Shown: positions 30,824 to 40,673 of the stretch, in pieces | Layout of the letters: every line of letters starts with the position of its first letter | How positions within the stretch are numbered: the first letter of the stretch is position 1 | Assembly (NCBI GenBank): GCA_963765205.1 | Contig: CAVXVB010000007.1 | Coordinates: 288,001 to 352,000, forward strand | Length of the DNA stretch: 64,000 nucleotides | DNA from: an uncultured Verrucomicrobiae bacterium | GTDB taxonomy: Bacteria; Verrucomicrobiota; Verrucomicrobiia; Opitutales; JABDGR01 | Direction: 5' to 3' | The notes under the pieces: generated by a model | What the model saw: only the letters and a program-made list of their open reading frames with translations | What the model was told of the DNA's origin: nothing | The model's database searches: none | Made by a program: the position numbers and the translations under genes

Positions 30824-31678
30824 GAGGCTGTCCGAAAAGTAGGCCAGTCGGCATGGAAGGTGCTTTCGGAGTGGGATGTTTATAACTGACAAACAATGGG
30901 AGATTATAAGTCCTGTGTTGCAACGGCCCAAGCGCAGCGTGTTTGGGCGGCCCCGGGCCAACGAGCGGGAGGTGTTCGAAGCCATCCTGTTCATGCTGCA
31001 CACGGGCATGCCGTGGAAGCTGCTGCCACGCAGCTTTCCCCCCAAGTCCACCGTGCATGACTACCTGCAACAGTGGAGCCAGTCGCGGGCCTTCCGCATG
31101 CTGTTCGCCCAAGTTATCCGGCACTTGATTGAGGTTGGGCGCATCGATGTGGAAGAATGCTTCGTGGACGCCACCTTTGCGGCGGCCAAGGGCGGTGGTG
31201 ACGCCGTGGGGCTGTCGCCCAAGGGCAAGGGCACGAAGGTGCAGTTAGTCGTTGATGGGCAAGGCATTCCGCTGGCGCTGTCGGTGGACGCCTCTGGCGT
31301 TCCCGAACACGACATGGTGCAGCAAACGCTCGACTTGGGCCAGCCCGAGGCCCAGCCGCAACGCCTCATCGGCGACAAGGCTTACGACGTGGATGAACTG
31401 GACGAAACCCTCGCCGAACTGGGCATCGAAATGATCGCCCCGCACCGCAAAAACCGCCGGCCCGAAAACGTCACCCAGGACGGACGACCGCGGCGCCGCT
31501 ACCGCCGCCGCTGGAGAGTCGAACGCACCATCGCCTGGCTGGGCTATCACCGTCGTTTGCTCACCCGCTGGGAAAAACACGCTTCGCTCTTCTGCGCTTT
31601 TGCCACGCTCGGCTGCCTCATGATCGCGCTACCTCATCTGCCCATCACTTGACCAAAGCAGACTTTTCGGACAGCCTC
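30824..31678 (+). mobile_element. IS5-family insertion sequence (IS427-like), 855 bp
   Basis: Perfect 17-bp terminal inverted repeats GAGGCTGTCCGAAAAGT (30824-30840) and ACTTTTCGGACAGCCTC (31662-31678); TA duplicated on both sides, reconstructing a CTAG target. Confidence 0.93.
30876..31652 (+). CDS. IS5-family DDE transposase
   Basis: GRPR..EAIL..L.TG.PW..LP..FPP.STV; FVDATF, IGDKAYD, RWRVERT.AWL; single intact ORF. Confidence 0.95.
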   Translation: MFITDKQWEIISPVLQRPKRSVFGRPRANEREVFEAILFMLHTGMPWKLLPRSFPPKSTVHDYLQQWSQSRAFRMLFAQVIRHLIEVGRIDVEECFVDATFAAAKGGGDAVGLSPKGKGTKVQLVVDGQGIPLALSVDASGVPEHDMVQQTLDLGQPEAQPQRLIGDKAYDVDELDETLAELGIEMIAPHRKNRRPENVTQDGRPRRRYRRRWRVERTIAWLGYHRRLLTRWEKHASLFCAFATLGCLMIALPHLPIT

Positions 31679-32341
31679 TAGGGTGTCTATGTCTGGATTA
31701 TCCTTGTGGGAAATATGTATCCCGTCTTCTTTAATAAAAATCCAGCTTAGTTGACATTTTCCAGAGCAAAATAAGTCGTAGCTCTTACATCCTACAATGA
31801 CATAAATATAAGGATGCTAAGGTTTTAGATTTTCGCTTTTGGAAAATTGTCGCAGCTTATTCATGGCTGAAAAGACACCGAACGGAATTGGTTTCGATTG
31901 GGCTGTTGCATAAGATAGGGGAGCCAAATGAGACACAGCGGCTTCCAATCGTGGCAATGGCACTACATGAGTTGGTAGTGCAAAAAGGCGTCGCAACCCC
32001 CACTTTGATAGAGGTGGCGAAATGCGTGGACAGAATCCAATCAAAAGAACGTAAAACTCCCGCTGCGCCGTCTGCCAAAGAGTAATTTTCACAACCCACC
32101 TCCGTCTTTGTGTGGGCTAGGGTTAGGACATAACTCCACCCCGGAACCTTCCGGTATTACGTCAACAATTTGCGGCTTCCCTTTAGGCGGGCAATCGCTT
32201 TGGATTGCCAAAGGCATAGTTCCGAAGTCTGTCCAACCCAAAAAATATCAGAATCAAACCACGCCTTCGGAAGTCACTGAAATCGAGCAAGTTGGGGCGG
32301 CTTTGGGCGAACTTGTCCAAGACTGTCCAAATGGCAAAGGG

Positions 32342-32425
32342 TCCCCGAGGCGGGACTCGAACCCGCACGGCCGTTTAGGCCAATCAATTTTAAGTCGATA
32401 GCGTCTGCCATTCCGCCACCCGGGG
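32342..32425 (-). tRNA. tRNA-Leu (TAA)
   Basis: CCCCGGG/CTCGGGG acceptor stem, ATCGA-CTTAAAA-TTGAT anticodon arm, long variable arm, GGTTCGAGTCC; CCA not encoded. Confidence 0.95.
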
Positions 32426-32605
32426 AAGGGTTTTTTTGCCGGTCAATCCATTTACCACGGAGGACACAGAGAACACGGAGGCCAAGGCAATCCGGGCAAA
32501 CCAGCCAACCATGCTCGCAGGCCGCGCCATCCTTGGCAGATAATCGCCCCTCCCGCCAGCGAAATTCATTTGCAATCCGGCCCCGGATGGATACAATACC
32601 CAAAT

Positions 32606-33806
32606 ATGGGAGTCTGCCCCAAGACCCCGGTTGTGCCGCGCGCCCCCCACGCCGCCGACCTGCTGATGGAACCGGATGCCGCTCCGGTCCCATCGTCTGC
32701 TTTGGCTGTCGAGGCACTGCCCTCCTCCCCCCCCCCTCCCCCCGCCGAGGCGACGCCCTTCCCGCCGATTGCCCCCGAGGAAAAGTCCGCGCGCCAGACC
32801 ATCGCCCGCCATCGCCAGCGCATGGACTGGGCTTTGCATGTGCCGGAATTTGAGCCGTTTTTCAAAGAAGGCCTCACCCAACTCGGCCTGCCGCCGCCGC
32901 GCCGCGGCATCGGCCTGCGCGGGTTGGTGGACTCGATGATGCTCGAAGCGAAGAAGGATTTGCTGCTTTGGGTGCTGTCCGATTATCGCGGCCTCATGGC
33001 CGGCAACCGCGCCTGGCGCCTGGCCGAAAGCTGGGGCCTCGCGCGCAATGACCTGCCGTGGTTCGATACGGACATGCCCCTAAGCGCCGCGCACTGGCCC
33101 GAATTCACCACTGCCTTGCGCACCGCCATCCTGCGCGAGCATCGACGCTACAAGGAGGCGCAGGAAAAGCTCTACATTTTGCACCACGACCTGCCCGGCA
33201 AACTCGCCCTGCGCCTCGTTTATGATCCGGCCAAGCGCCCCGACGCCACGCAGGAAGGCTGCCTTGGCCTCCTCCATGCGGTGGACAAAGTGGACGACGG
33301 CGAAACGCCCTTTGCCAGCTACGCCCAGCAGTGGGTCACGCGCGCCATCCGCAATTATCTTTTGGGCGAGCGCTTCCCCGTCCACGTCCCCGTCAACCTC
33401 GCCTCGCAACTTTTGCGCGAGGCCAACCAGGCCACGCCCGACGCGCCCGCCCCTGCGCGCCCCGAACGCACCCTGCTGCAGCCCCGCGTTCCCCTCGATA
33501 TTCTCGTCGCCCCCGGCGACCGCCCGCTCGCCCTTCCCGATGAATCCGTGCCCAGCCCGCGCGACCTGCTCAACCGCCAGGAAATCCTCCGCGCCGTGCA
33601 GGACATGATCAACCAGCTTAGCGACAAGCAGCGCGAAGTCCTCGTGCGCCGCTTCGGCCTGGGCGCGGGCCACGAAGCCGAAGACGCTGATGAACATCGC
33701 GCACAGCATCGGCATTTCGCACCAGCAAGTTTCCATGCGCGAGAAGCGCGCGCTCGAAAAGCTCGGCTCCATCCTGCGCCCCGTCATCCGCGAAATGTAT
33801 GGATAA
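32606..33806 (+). CDS. Sigma-70-family RNA polymerase sigma factor (frameshift near 33677)
   Basis: Region 2 DATQEGCLGLL.AVDK...F.SYA..W..RAI; region 4 LSDKQREVL.RRFGL continues in the shifted frame as PKTLMNIAHSIGISHQQVSMREKRALEKL; stop 33804-33806; start uncertain. Confidence 0.82.
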
Positions 33807-34474
33807 TCCCGCCGCGGCCGCTCCTTCTGCCGTTCGGCCGGATGAGCCTGCCGGAAAGTTGCCCACTTTGATCCGCGGGGACGCGCGCATCGGCCTCTAC
33901 GGCGGTATGTTCGACCCGCCGCACCTCGGCCATATGGCCCTGGCGCGGGAGGCACTCAGCGAACTCTGGCTCGAACACCTCTTTTTCATCCCCGCCGCGC
34001 AGACGCCCCTGCGCAGCACGCCCGCCGTGGCCTCGGTGGACGACCGGCTGGAAATGCTCCGGCTCGCCATCGCCGAGGCGGCCCATCCGCGCATGGCCCT
34101 GCTCGATATTGAAGCGCGCGCGGGCGGCGTGAATTACACCGTCCACACCGTCCAGCAGTTGCAAGCCGCGTGGCCGCGCGCGCGGATGGTGTTTTTGCTC
34201 GGGTCGGGACCAATTCGCGCACCTGCATTTGTGGCACGAGCCACAGGTTCTGGCCAAAATGGTCGAATTCGCGGTGTTCGACCGCGCCAACTGCGCCAAC
34301 GCCGCGCCCAGCCCGGCGCTCGCACGCGTGTTGCAGTGGCGGCGCGTCTCCGGCGTGCAGCACCCCGCCAGCTCCTCGGAAATCCGCCGCCGCCTCAAGC
34401 AAGGCCGGAAAGTGGACGAATGGCTCCCGCGCTCCGTCGCCGCCTACATCGAGGAAAAGAAACTTTACCGCTGA
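33799..34474 (+). CDS. nadD: Nicotinate-nucleotide adenylyltransferase (frameshift near 34207)
   Basis: GLYGGMFDPPHLGH, YTV.T, FLLGS then shifted frame DQF..L..WH...SSSEIRRRL. Confidence 0.9.
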
Positions 34475-34509
34475 CCCGATTTGCGCTACGCTCCACCCGC
34501 ACCCAACCC

Positions 34510-34890
34510 ATGCCCACCACCACCGCCGCCCCGCCCCGCCTGCTGCAACGCTGCTGCCAGGCCCTTGATGACAAAAAAGCGGTCGAGTTGCGCGTTTTGG
34601 ACGTCTCCGGGCAATCCACGATCACGAATTATTTGATTATCGCCACGGCCACTTCCTCGCCGCACCTCAAGGCGTTGCGCCAGGCGATCAAGGACACGCT
34701 GGACGAGGAGCGCGCGCCCCTGGCCGGCGTCGAATTCAGCGCCGAAAGCGGCTGGCTCGTGGTGGACGCCTTCGAGATCATGGTCCATCTCTTCCTGCCC
34801 GACCAGCGCGACCACTTCCGCCTCGAATCCCTCTGGAAGGACGCCCGTGACCTCGACGTGCGTGATTTGCTCAAAACCCCCAAAAAGTAA
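34510..34890 (+). CDS. rsfS: Ribosome silencing factor
   Basis: ALDDKKA..L.VLDV, Y.IIAT.TS..H, GWLVVD...IMVHLF....R..F.LESLW. Confidence 0.93.
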   Translation: MPTTTAAPPRLLQRCCQALDDKKAVELRVLDVSGQSTITNYLIIATATSSPHLKALRQAIKDTLDEERAPLAGVEFSAESGWLVVDAFEIMVHLFLPDQRDHFRLESLWKDARDLDVRDLLKTPKK

Positions 34891-35041
34891 AACGAGCAGG
34901 ATTGTGAGTGATGGGAGGAATATGAAGTATGCAGTTGACGTTCACGCCTTGCCTCCGCTCTTGACTCCACACTTCACCCTTCACGCTCCCCACTCTGCCC
35001 TCCGCATTCAGAATTCAGAATTCCGCACTCAGCATTTCCCC

Positions 35042-35746
35042 ATGAAATCCACGCCTTGGCATAAGCGCCGCAACCGCCGCGAACCGCTCAAATACACCGC
35101 CCTGACCGACCGGCTTTACCGCTACGTCATCCAATGCCGCAGCGGCGTGGATGACCCGGTGCTCGAAGACTTGCGCGCGGAAACCCGCCGTCTTTTTCCC
35201 GAGGCCGCCCCGATGCAAATCTCGCGCGACCAGGGCACGCTGATGACGCTGCTGGTCGCCGCGCTCGGCGTGTATCATGCGATTGAAATCGGCACCTTCA
35301 CCGGTTGCAGCGCCATTTGCACCGCGCGTGGCCTGCCCGCCGGCGGCAAGCTGCTCTGCCTCGACCAAAGCGGGGAGTGGACGACCCTCGCGCGCGAATA
35401 CTGGGTGAAGGCCGGCGTGGAGGAAAAAATCGAGCTGCGCCTCGGCCCGGCCCTCGCCTCGCTCAAAAAACTGGAAAAGAAATGGCGCTTCGACTTCGCC
35501 TTCCTCGACGCCGACAAGACGGAATACGACGCTTATTATGAAATGATTATGCCGCGGATGCGCCCCAACGGGCTGATCCTCTTCGACAACATGCTCTGGG
35601 GCGGGCGCCTGGGCCGGGCGGTCCGGCACCCCGCCGGCCGCGCGATTGACGCCCTCAACCGCAAACTCGCCTGCGACCCCCGCGTCGAGTCGGTCCTCCT
35701 GCCCATCAGCGACGGTGTGACGATCTGCCGCGTGCTGGGGCGGTAG
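35042..35746 (+). CDS. SAM-dependent O-methyltransferase (caffeoyl-CoA OMT-like)
   Basis: MQIS..QG, EIGTFTG.SA, FDFAFLDADK..Y, FDNMLW.G, LPISDG. Confidence 0.9.
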   Translation: MKSTPWHKRRNRREPLKYTALTDRLYRYVIQCRSGVDDPVLEDLRAETRRLFPEAAPMQISRDQGTLMTLLVAALGVYHAIEIGTFTGCSAICTARGLPAGGKLLCLDQSGEWTTLAREYWVKAGVEEKIELRLGPALASLKKLEKKWRFDFAFLDADKTEYDAYYEMIMPRMRPNGLILFDNMLWGGRLGRAVRHPAGRAIDALNRKLACDPRVESVLLPISDGVTICRVLGR

Positions 35747-35791
35747 TTCGCGAACGCTTGCCAAGCCCGTGATTTTGGTTATTTTAGTTTC

Positions 35792-35965
35792 ATGAGCACG
35801 GTGATCGAAATCAAGGCGGCCATTGACCGCCTCACCCCGCAAGAACGGTGTGAGTTGGAGGCCTTGCTGCACCCCTGGCCGGACGATTTTTGGGACGAGC
35901 AGATGGCCGCCGACGCCGAACCGGGCGGCAAATTGCACCGCTTGGCGCACGCGCAGCAGAAGTAG
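35792..35965 (+). CDS. Small antitoxin-like protein (57 aa, absent from the ORF track)
   Basis: MSTVIEIKAAIDRLTPQERCELEALLHPWPDDFWDEQMAADAEPGGKLHRLAHAQQK; own TTGCCA-16-TATTTT promoter-like motif. Confidence 0.6.
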   Translation: MSTVIEIKAAIDRLTPQERCELEALLHPWPDDFWDEQMAADAEPGGKLHRLAHAQQK

Positions 35966-35972
35966 CTTAACC

Positions 35973-36542
35973 TCAATTCACCGACGGGTCCTCCGGGGCG
36001 TCGGCGCGAAAGAGCAGTTCGGGCTTCACCCGCGCGAGGAGGTGTTTCCATAATCCTTCGCCGTGTTCTTGCTGGAGGTTCGGGCTGTCAATCGGCGCGA
36101 GCACCCACGATTTGTGCCGCAATTCGTGTTCGAGCTGCCCGCTCGTCCAGCCGGAATAGCCGAGGAAGCCGCGCACTTCCGTGCCGGGTTCGTTTTCGAG
36201 CAACTCGGCGGCCTTCTCCGCGCTGATGCCGAAATGCAGCCGGAACACGCCCGTCTCCAAATTCCATTGCCAGGCCGAGAGCAGCATCTGCTCCTTCGCC
36301 ACCGGGCCGCCGCAATACAGCTTCACGTTCGCCAGCGGCCCGTAGGCAAATTCGCCGTGCGCCTCGCCGAGCGTCCGCTCGAGCGGCTGGTTGACGATGA
36401 CGCCCAGCGCGCCATCCTCCGCCGAGTGCGCGGAGATGAGCACGACCGCGCGCCGGAAATTCCCGTCGTGCAAATCCGGGTGCGCCAGCAGAAGCGAGCC
36501 GGCGACGGTCGGGACATCGGTGGCGGAGGTTCGCGTGCTCAT
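35973..36542 (-). CDS. YqgE/AlgH-family protein
   Basis: GSLLLAHP.L.D.NF.RAVVLI..H...GALG.IVNQP, GGPV, FLGYSGW..GQLE.E. Confidence 0.9.
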   Translation of the reverse strand: MSTRTSATDVPTVAGSLLLAHPDLHDGNFRRAVVLISAHSAEDGALGVIVNQPLERTLGEAHGEFAYGPLANVKLYCGGPVAKEQMLLSAWQWNLETGVFRLHFGISAEKAAELLENEPGTEVRGFLGYSGWTSGQLEHELRHKSWVLAPIDSPNLQQEHGEGLWKHLLARVKPELLFRADAPEDPSVN

Positions 36543-36581
36543 GCGCATGGGAGGTTAAAAAGTGAGACACCGCGGGCGGCG

Positions 36582-37110
36582 TCACAGTTGCGTCAATTCA
36601 ATGCGCGATTCCTTCAGCAATTCCCGGACCAGCGCGTCGTTGCGGTAGTCGAGGTGGTATTTGATGGCGCGCACGCCGGCGGCGGCGAAAATTTTCGTGC
36701 AGTTGACGCACGGGAAATGCGTGACGTAGGCCGTCGCGCCGTTGACGCTCACGCCCCGGCGCGCGGCGTCGGTGATGGCGTTCTGCTCGGCGTGGACGGT
36801 CGCCTGCTCGTGGTTGTCGCGCATCCGCGAGATGTGCGGCGCGCCCGGCAGGAAGCCGTTGTAGCCCGCGGCGACGACGCGGTTCTTGTGCTCCCCCGCC
36901 GACACCAGCACGCAGCCCACATGCAGCCGCTCGCACGCCGAGCGCGAGGAAATCAGCAGCGCCATCGCCATAAAATATTCGTCCCACGACGGACCGCCCG
37001 CCCGGCAAATGGGCGACCAGCTCGCGCATCTGCGCCACCAAACCAGCGCCCGCGGGCGACGCGCCGGGCAGCGTGAATTCCGCCAGTTCGGCGGGATCGG
37101 GCAGGGTCAT
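36582..37110 (-). CDS. dCMP deaminase / ComEB family (frameshift near 36993)
   Basis: (R)PSWDEYFM, RS.C.R..VG, GYNG, VHAEQNA, THFPC.NC.K. Confidence 0.88.
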
Positions 37111-37244
37111 CGGCGGAATCGCGCTCACGCAAAAACAATGCCGGGTCTCGGTGCGCTCCGCAACATTGAAAACGCAGGGCCGGGCCGAAAATAATCTCGT
37201 CAGCCTGGGCGCCCGGGCATATTTTCTCTCGGTCTCCTTACCCC

Positions 37245-38567
37245 ATGAATGTTTCCGGACCAAGCCGGCGTGATTTCCTGAAGCTGGCCGGCGCTGCCAC
37301 CGTCACCGCGTTGTTGCCCTCCCGGCTGCGCGCCGCATCGGCTCCGGCGACCACGCCTACGCCATCCGCCGTGTCGCCAGTCCGTCCCTTTGAAATCGGC
37401 GGCAGTGTTTTTGCCTGGGACTTGCATGATGAGGGCGTCGAGAAAGTGCTCGATAATATGCAGGAGATGTCGGCGATTAACTCAATTTACATCGTCGGGC
37501 TGATGCACCCGGAAAAGCGGCCGCTCACCAGGGGCGTTTTCCCACACAATCCCATGCGCCAGACCTGGACCGCTGAGGACGCCCGCATTTACTGGCACCC
37601 CGACCTCCCGCGCTACGGCCGCATTAAGCCGCGCCTCTCCGACCACGACTGGTTGAACCAAACGGATTGGGTCCACGTGCTGGTGGATGCGGCGCGCAAA
37701 CGCGGGCTGCAAGTCGGCGTCGAAATTTCCCATGCGCTGGTGGACAAGGAACGCGCCGAGGGCGAATTCGCCGACGTGGTCGAGCGCAATATTCACGGCG
37801 AAATCACCCATGTCCGCGATTGGCTGCGCCCTTTGTGCCCGAATCATCCCGACACGCGCGCCTACGCGCTCGCGCTGTTTTCCGACCTCGTGGCGAACTA
37901 CCATCCCGACTTTGTCATGTCCTGCACGGTTTCGATGGACGAAGGCGGCCCGGACAAGGGCGCGTGTTTCTGCGCCGCCTGCAAAAAGGCGGCGGCGGCG
38001 CAAGGCTTCGATCTTGAGAAGGCCCAGGCCGCCCTCTTGGCCGACCCGCGCGCCCAGCCCGCCGCGGACCAATGGCAGAACTTCCGCTGCGATTCCGTCG
38101 CGCGCTATTACGCGGCCATCCACGACGCCATCCGCCCGCTCCAGCCGAACATTGACCTGCGCTACAACATGCATCAAACAGCGCGCAACCCGCTCGACTG
38201 GGGCGTGGACATCGTCAAAATGAAACCGCACCTCGGCTCGCTGCGCATCATGGATTACGCCGAGCAAGCCGGCGTCGCCTCGGCCCTCCTGGCCAAGCGC
38301 CAATGGCTCACCGAGAACCGGCAAAAACTCGGCCCGGATTTCTGGATCGTGTCCGCGGTGGCCGTGCGCCCGAAAGCCACGCCGGACTTGATCGAGCAAA
38401 GCGTCCAGCTCTGCGTGGACTGCGCGATGAACGGCATTGTGCTCGCGCAATACGACGGCGCCGACTTCCCCAACCTGCGCGCCATCCGCGCCGGCCTCGC
38501 CGCCGCAAAAATTCCGGTGCCGCCCGCCCCGCCTGCACCCGCGCCCACATCCACGCCGCCCGCTTAA
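37245..38567 (+). CDS. Tat-exported putative glycoside-hydrolase-like (TIM-barrel) protein
   Basis: SRRDFLK Tat signal; LCPNHPD.R.Y and CFC..C motifs; similar to 58697-60220. Confidence 0.65.
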   Translation: MNVSGPSRRDFLKLAGAATVTALLPSRLRAASAPATTPTPSAVSPVRPFEIGGSVFAWDLHDEGVEKVLDNMQEMSAINSIYIVGLMHPEKRPLTRGVFPHNPMRQTWTAEDARIYWHPDLPRYGRIKPRLSDHDWLNQTDWVHVLVDAARKRGLQVGVEISHALVDKERAEGEFADVVERNIHGEITHVRDWLRPLCPNHPDTRAYALALFSDLVANYHPDFVMSCTVSMDEGGPDKGACFCAACKKAAAAQGFDLEKAQAALLADPRAQPAADQWQNFRCDSVARYYAAIHDAIRPLQPNIDLRYNMHQTARNPLDWGVDIVKMKPHLGSLRIMDYAEQAGVASALLAKRQWLTENRQKLGPDFWIVSAVAVRPKATPDLIEQSVQLCVDCAMNGIVLAQYDGADFPNLRAIRAGLAAAKIPVPPAPPAPAPTSTPPA

Positions 38568-38607
38568 CCGCCAGCTTCGGCCATCCAAAAAGTTCGGCAA
38601 AAAGGCG

Positions 38608-38704
38608 ACCACGGATGACACGGATAGCACGGATAAATCCTCCCCCGCCATAAATCCGTGCTATCCGTGTAACTCCCGGCGCGAGCGCCTGGGTTATCCG
38701 TGGT
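38608..38704. repeat. Nonamer CACGGAT hairpin with a palindrome inserted in the right arm
   Basis: Left arm 38608-38634; right arm 38654-38672 plus 38696-38704, interrupted by CTCCCGGCGCGAGCGCCTGGGTT. Confidence 0.75.
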
Positions 38705-38777
38705 AAAAAATCTGCGCGATTTGGTCTTGGCCCCTCAGTCGCCTCAGTGCCTTTGTGCCTCAGTCCCTTTGTCCCTT

Positions 38778-39152
38778 CTACAAATTAAAGCTTTCCCCGC
38801 ACGAGCAACTCCCCTTGGCATTGGGATTCGTGAACTTGAACCCGCCGCCGATGAGTTCCTTCGAGTAATCCAGCACGGTGCCCTTGAAGTAAAGCGCGCT
38901 CTTCGTGTCCACCAACACCTGCGCGCCCGCACTGTGGACGAGGATGTCGCCGCGCTTCGCCTCGGGGGTGAAGCGCATCTTGTAACTCAGCCCGTTGCAG
39001 CCGCCGCCGGTGATGGCCACGCGCAGAAATTCGCCCTGCGCGTCGCGCGCGATCAGGCTGCGCACCTTCTCCCCCGCCGCGGGCGTGAGGGTGACGAGCC
39101 GTTCGTCGCCGACGCGGACGCCCTCGGGCAGGGCTAGGGTGGTCTCAGGCAT
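38778..39152 (-). CDS. HesB/IscA/ErpA A-type Fe-S carrier
   Basis: LRVAI.GGGC.GLSY, LDY....GGFKF.NPNA..SCSCGESF. Confidence 0.94.
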   Translation of the reverse strand: MPETTLALPEGVRVGDERLVTLTPAAGEKVRSLIARDAQGEFLRVAITGGGCNGLSYKMRFTPEAKRGDILVHSAGAQVLVDTKSALYFKGTVLDYSKELIGGGFKFTNPNAKGSCSCGESFNL

Positions 39153-39287
39153 TTTCACAACAAACCAGTATCCCGCAACGCGGCGCTATTGTCAACCCGC
39201 GCGCGGCAGTGGAAATGGGCCACTTTGAATATATTGGCCTTGGAATATTTGCTCGACGGAGAATGCAGGGCTTTATAAAGTGTAAAC

Positions 39288-39656
39288 ATGAATTTCGACT
39301 TGGACGCGATCATCTGGTGGGAGAAGAGGCGAATATTATTCAATGTTGTTGTATTGGTTGCCGGGTCAATTACCGTGGCACTTATTGAGGTTATCGGAAG
39401 TCGTTTTGTGAAGCCCGGTGAGGATGTTGAAGAGCCGTTGGGGCTGATTATTGGCGTCGTCGCTTATGCCTTGGCGGCAAATGTCTGTTATACTCTGGGC
39501 TGGATAACTGAACTGCTATGGGGATCCGAAGATGTGGTCGGGCTGGAAGTTAAACGCCAAAAAATATTTCGTTTGGGCATGGCGTTTTCAGTTATCTTGA
39601 CCCTTTCGCCAGCAGTTCTTCTTCCCCTACTTTGGTCTATCTTGGGCGTTTCATAA
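39288..39656 (+). CDS. Lower-GC hypothetical membrane protein
   Basis: IWWE.RRI.FN and ANVCYTLGWI.E motifs; three TM helices. Confidence 0.7.
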   Translation: MNFDLDAIIWWEKRRILFNVVVLVAGSITVALIEVIGSRFVKPGEDVEEPLGLIIGVVAYALAANVCYTLGWITELLWGSEDVVGLEVKRQKIFRLGMAFSVILTLSPAVLLPLLWSILGVS

Positions 39657-39668
39657 GTTTTCGAATGG

Positions 39669-40569
39669 TCATTGCCCCGCCAGCACCCGCGCGAGCGCCA
39701 CGGCGTTCGCAAAACTTTTCCAACTCGCTTTGCCTTGGCCGGCGATGCTGAAGGCCGTGCCATGGTCGGGGCTGGTGCGCACCCAGGGCAGGCCGAGCGT
39801 GATGTTGACCGATTCCTCAAAATCCACCGTCTTCAGCGGCGCGAGGCCCTGGTCGTGGTAGAGCGCGACGACGACGTTGAACTCACCGCGCAGTTGCCGC
39901 CAGAACGCCGTGTCGCCCGGCTCGCATTGCGAGAGCTTGGGAAAACGCGCGCGCAATTTATCCAGCCACGGGCCGAGCCGGTCGCGCTCGTCCCCGCCGA
40001 GCAGGCCGCCTTCGCCCGCGTGCGGATTCAGCCCGCAGACGGCGATGCGCGGCTCGGGCGCGCCCAGCGCGCGGGCAAGGTGCGCGGCCTGCGTCACCGC
40101 GCGCGCGAGGCAGGCTTCGTCGAGCGCGCGGGCGACCTCCATTAGAGGAATATGCCACGTCGCCAGCACGACGCGCAATTTACCGCCCGCGAACCCCATG
40201 GACGGCTCGCCGCCCCAGCGCGCCGCAAAAAATTCCGTCTGCCCGGGAAACGCAAAGCCCGCCTGTTGCATCCAGCTTTTGGAAACCGGCCCGGTCACCG
40301 CCGCCGCGAATTTCCCCGCACGGCAGCCCGCCGCCACCGCTTCAAGCGCCGCCAGCGCAACCGCCGCGCCGGCGACCGTGGGCCGGCCCGGCTCGGCGGA
40401 AAAATCGGCCGGCCCGACGGCCTCGCCCGCGACGTTCGAGCGCATCCAGCCACCGCCGCGGCCCGATGGGCGTGACGCGTGCGGCCTCCGCTAAATTCGC
40501 GCGCAGCCATGCCGCGATGATCTCCGGCCCGACGCCGGAGGGATCGCCGCAGGTGAGCGCCAAAGGCAA
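39669..40569 (-). CDS. pdxA: 4-hydroxythreonine-4-phosphate dehydrogenase (frameshift near 40438)
   Basis: LALTCGDPSGVGPEI, TGPVSK, FPGQTE, GLNPHAGE, YHDQGL, VNITLGLP..RTSPDHGTAF; no ATG, TTG start assumed. Confidence 0.9.
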
Positions 40570-40578
40570 AGAAGATTG

Positions 40579-40673
40579 AACCACGGAGGACACGGAGAGC
40601 ACGGAGTGAGGGTTTTATAAGTCAGCGCAGAATATACTACATCTTCTCCGTGTTCTCAGTGCCCTCCGTGGTT
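40579..40673. repeat. Nonamer (CACGGAG) hairpin at the lpxA/pdxA junction
   Basis: Arms 40579-40606 and 40646-40673 are 25/28 complementary; a solo arm is at 32454-32480. Confidence 0.82.

Noticed and set aside
30500..32341. Prophage or intact integrative element at tRNA-Leu
   Set aside because: No integrase, phage or conjugation genes and no duplicated tRNA 3' end; at most a remnant.
33799..34890. NadD-RsfS fusion protein shown in the ORF track
   Set aside because: An artefact of the frameshift near 34207; the NadD C-terminus is in another frame ending at 34474 and rsfS has its own ATG at 34510.
18893..40673. CRISPR array suggested by recurring CACGGAT/CACGGAG repeats
   Set aside because: The units are 9-nt tandem copies in inverted arms at dispersed loci; there are no regularly spaced direct repeats with unique spacers and no cas genes.
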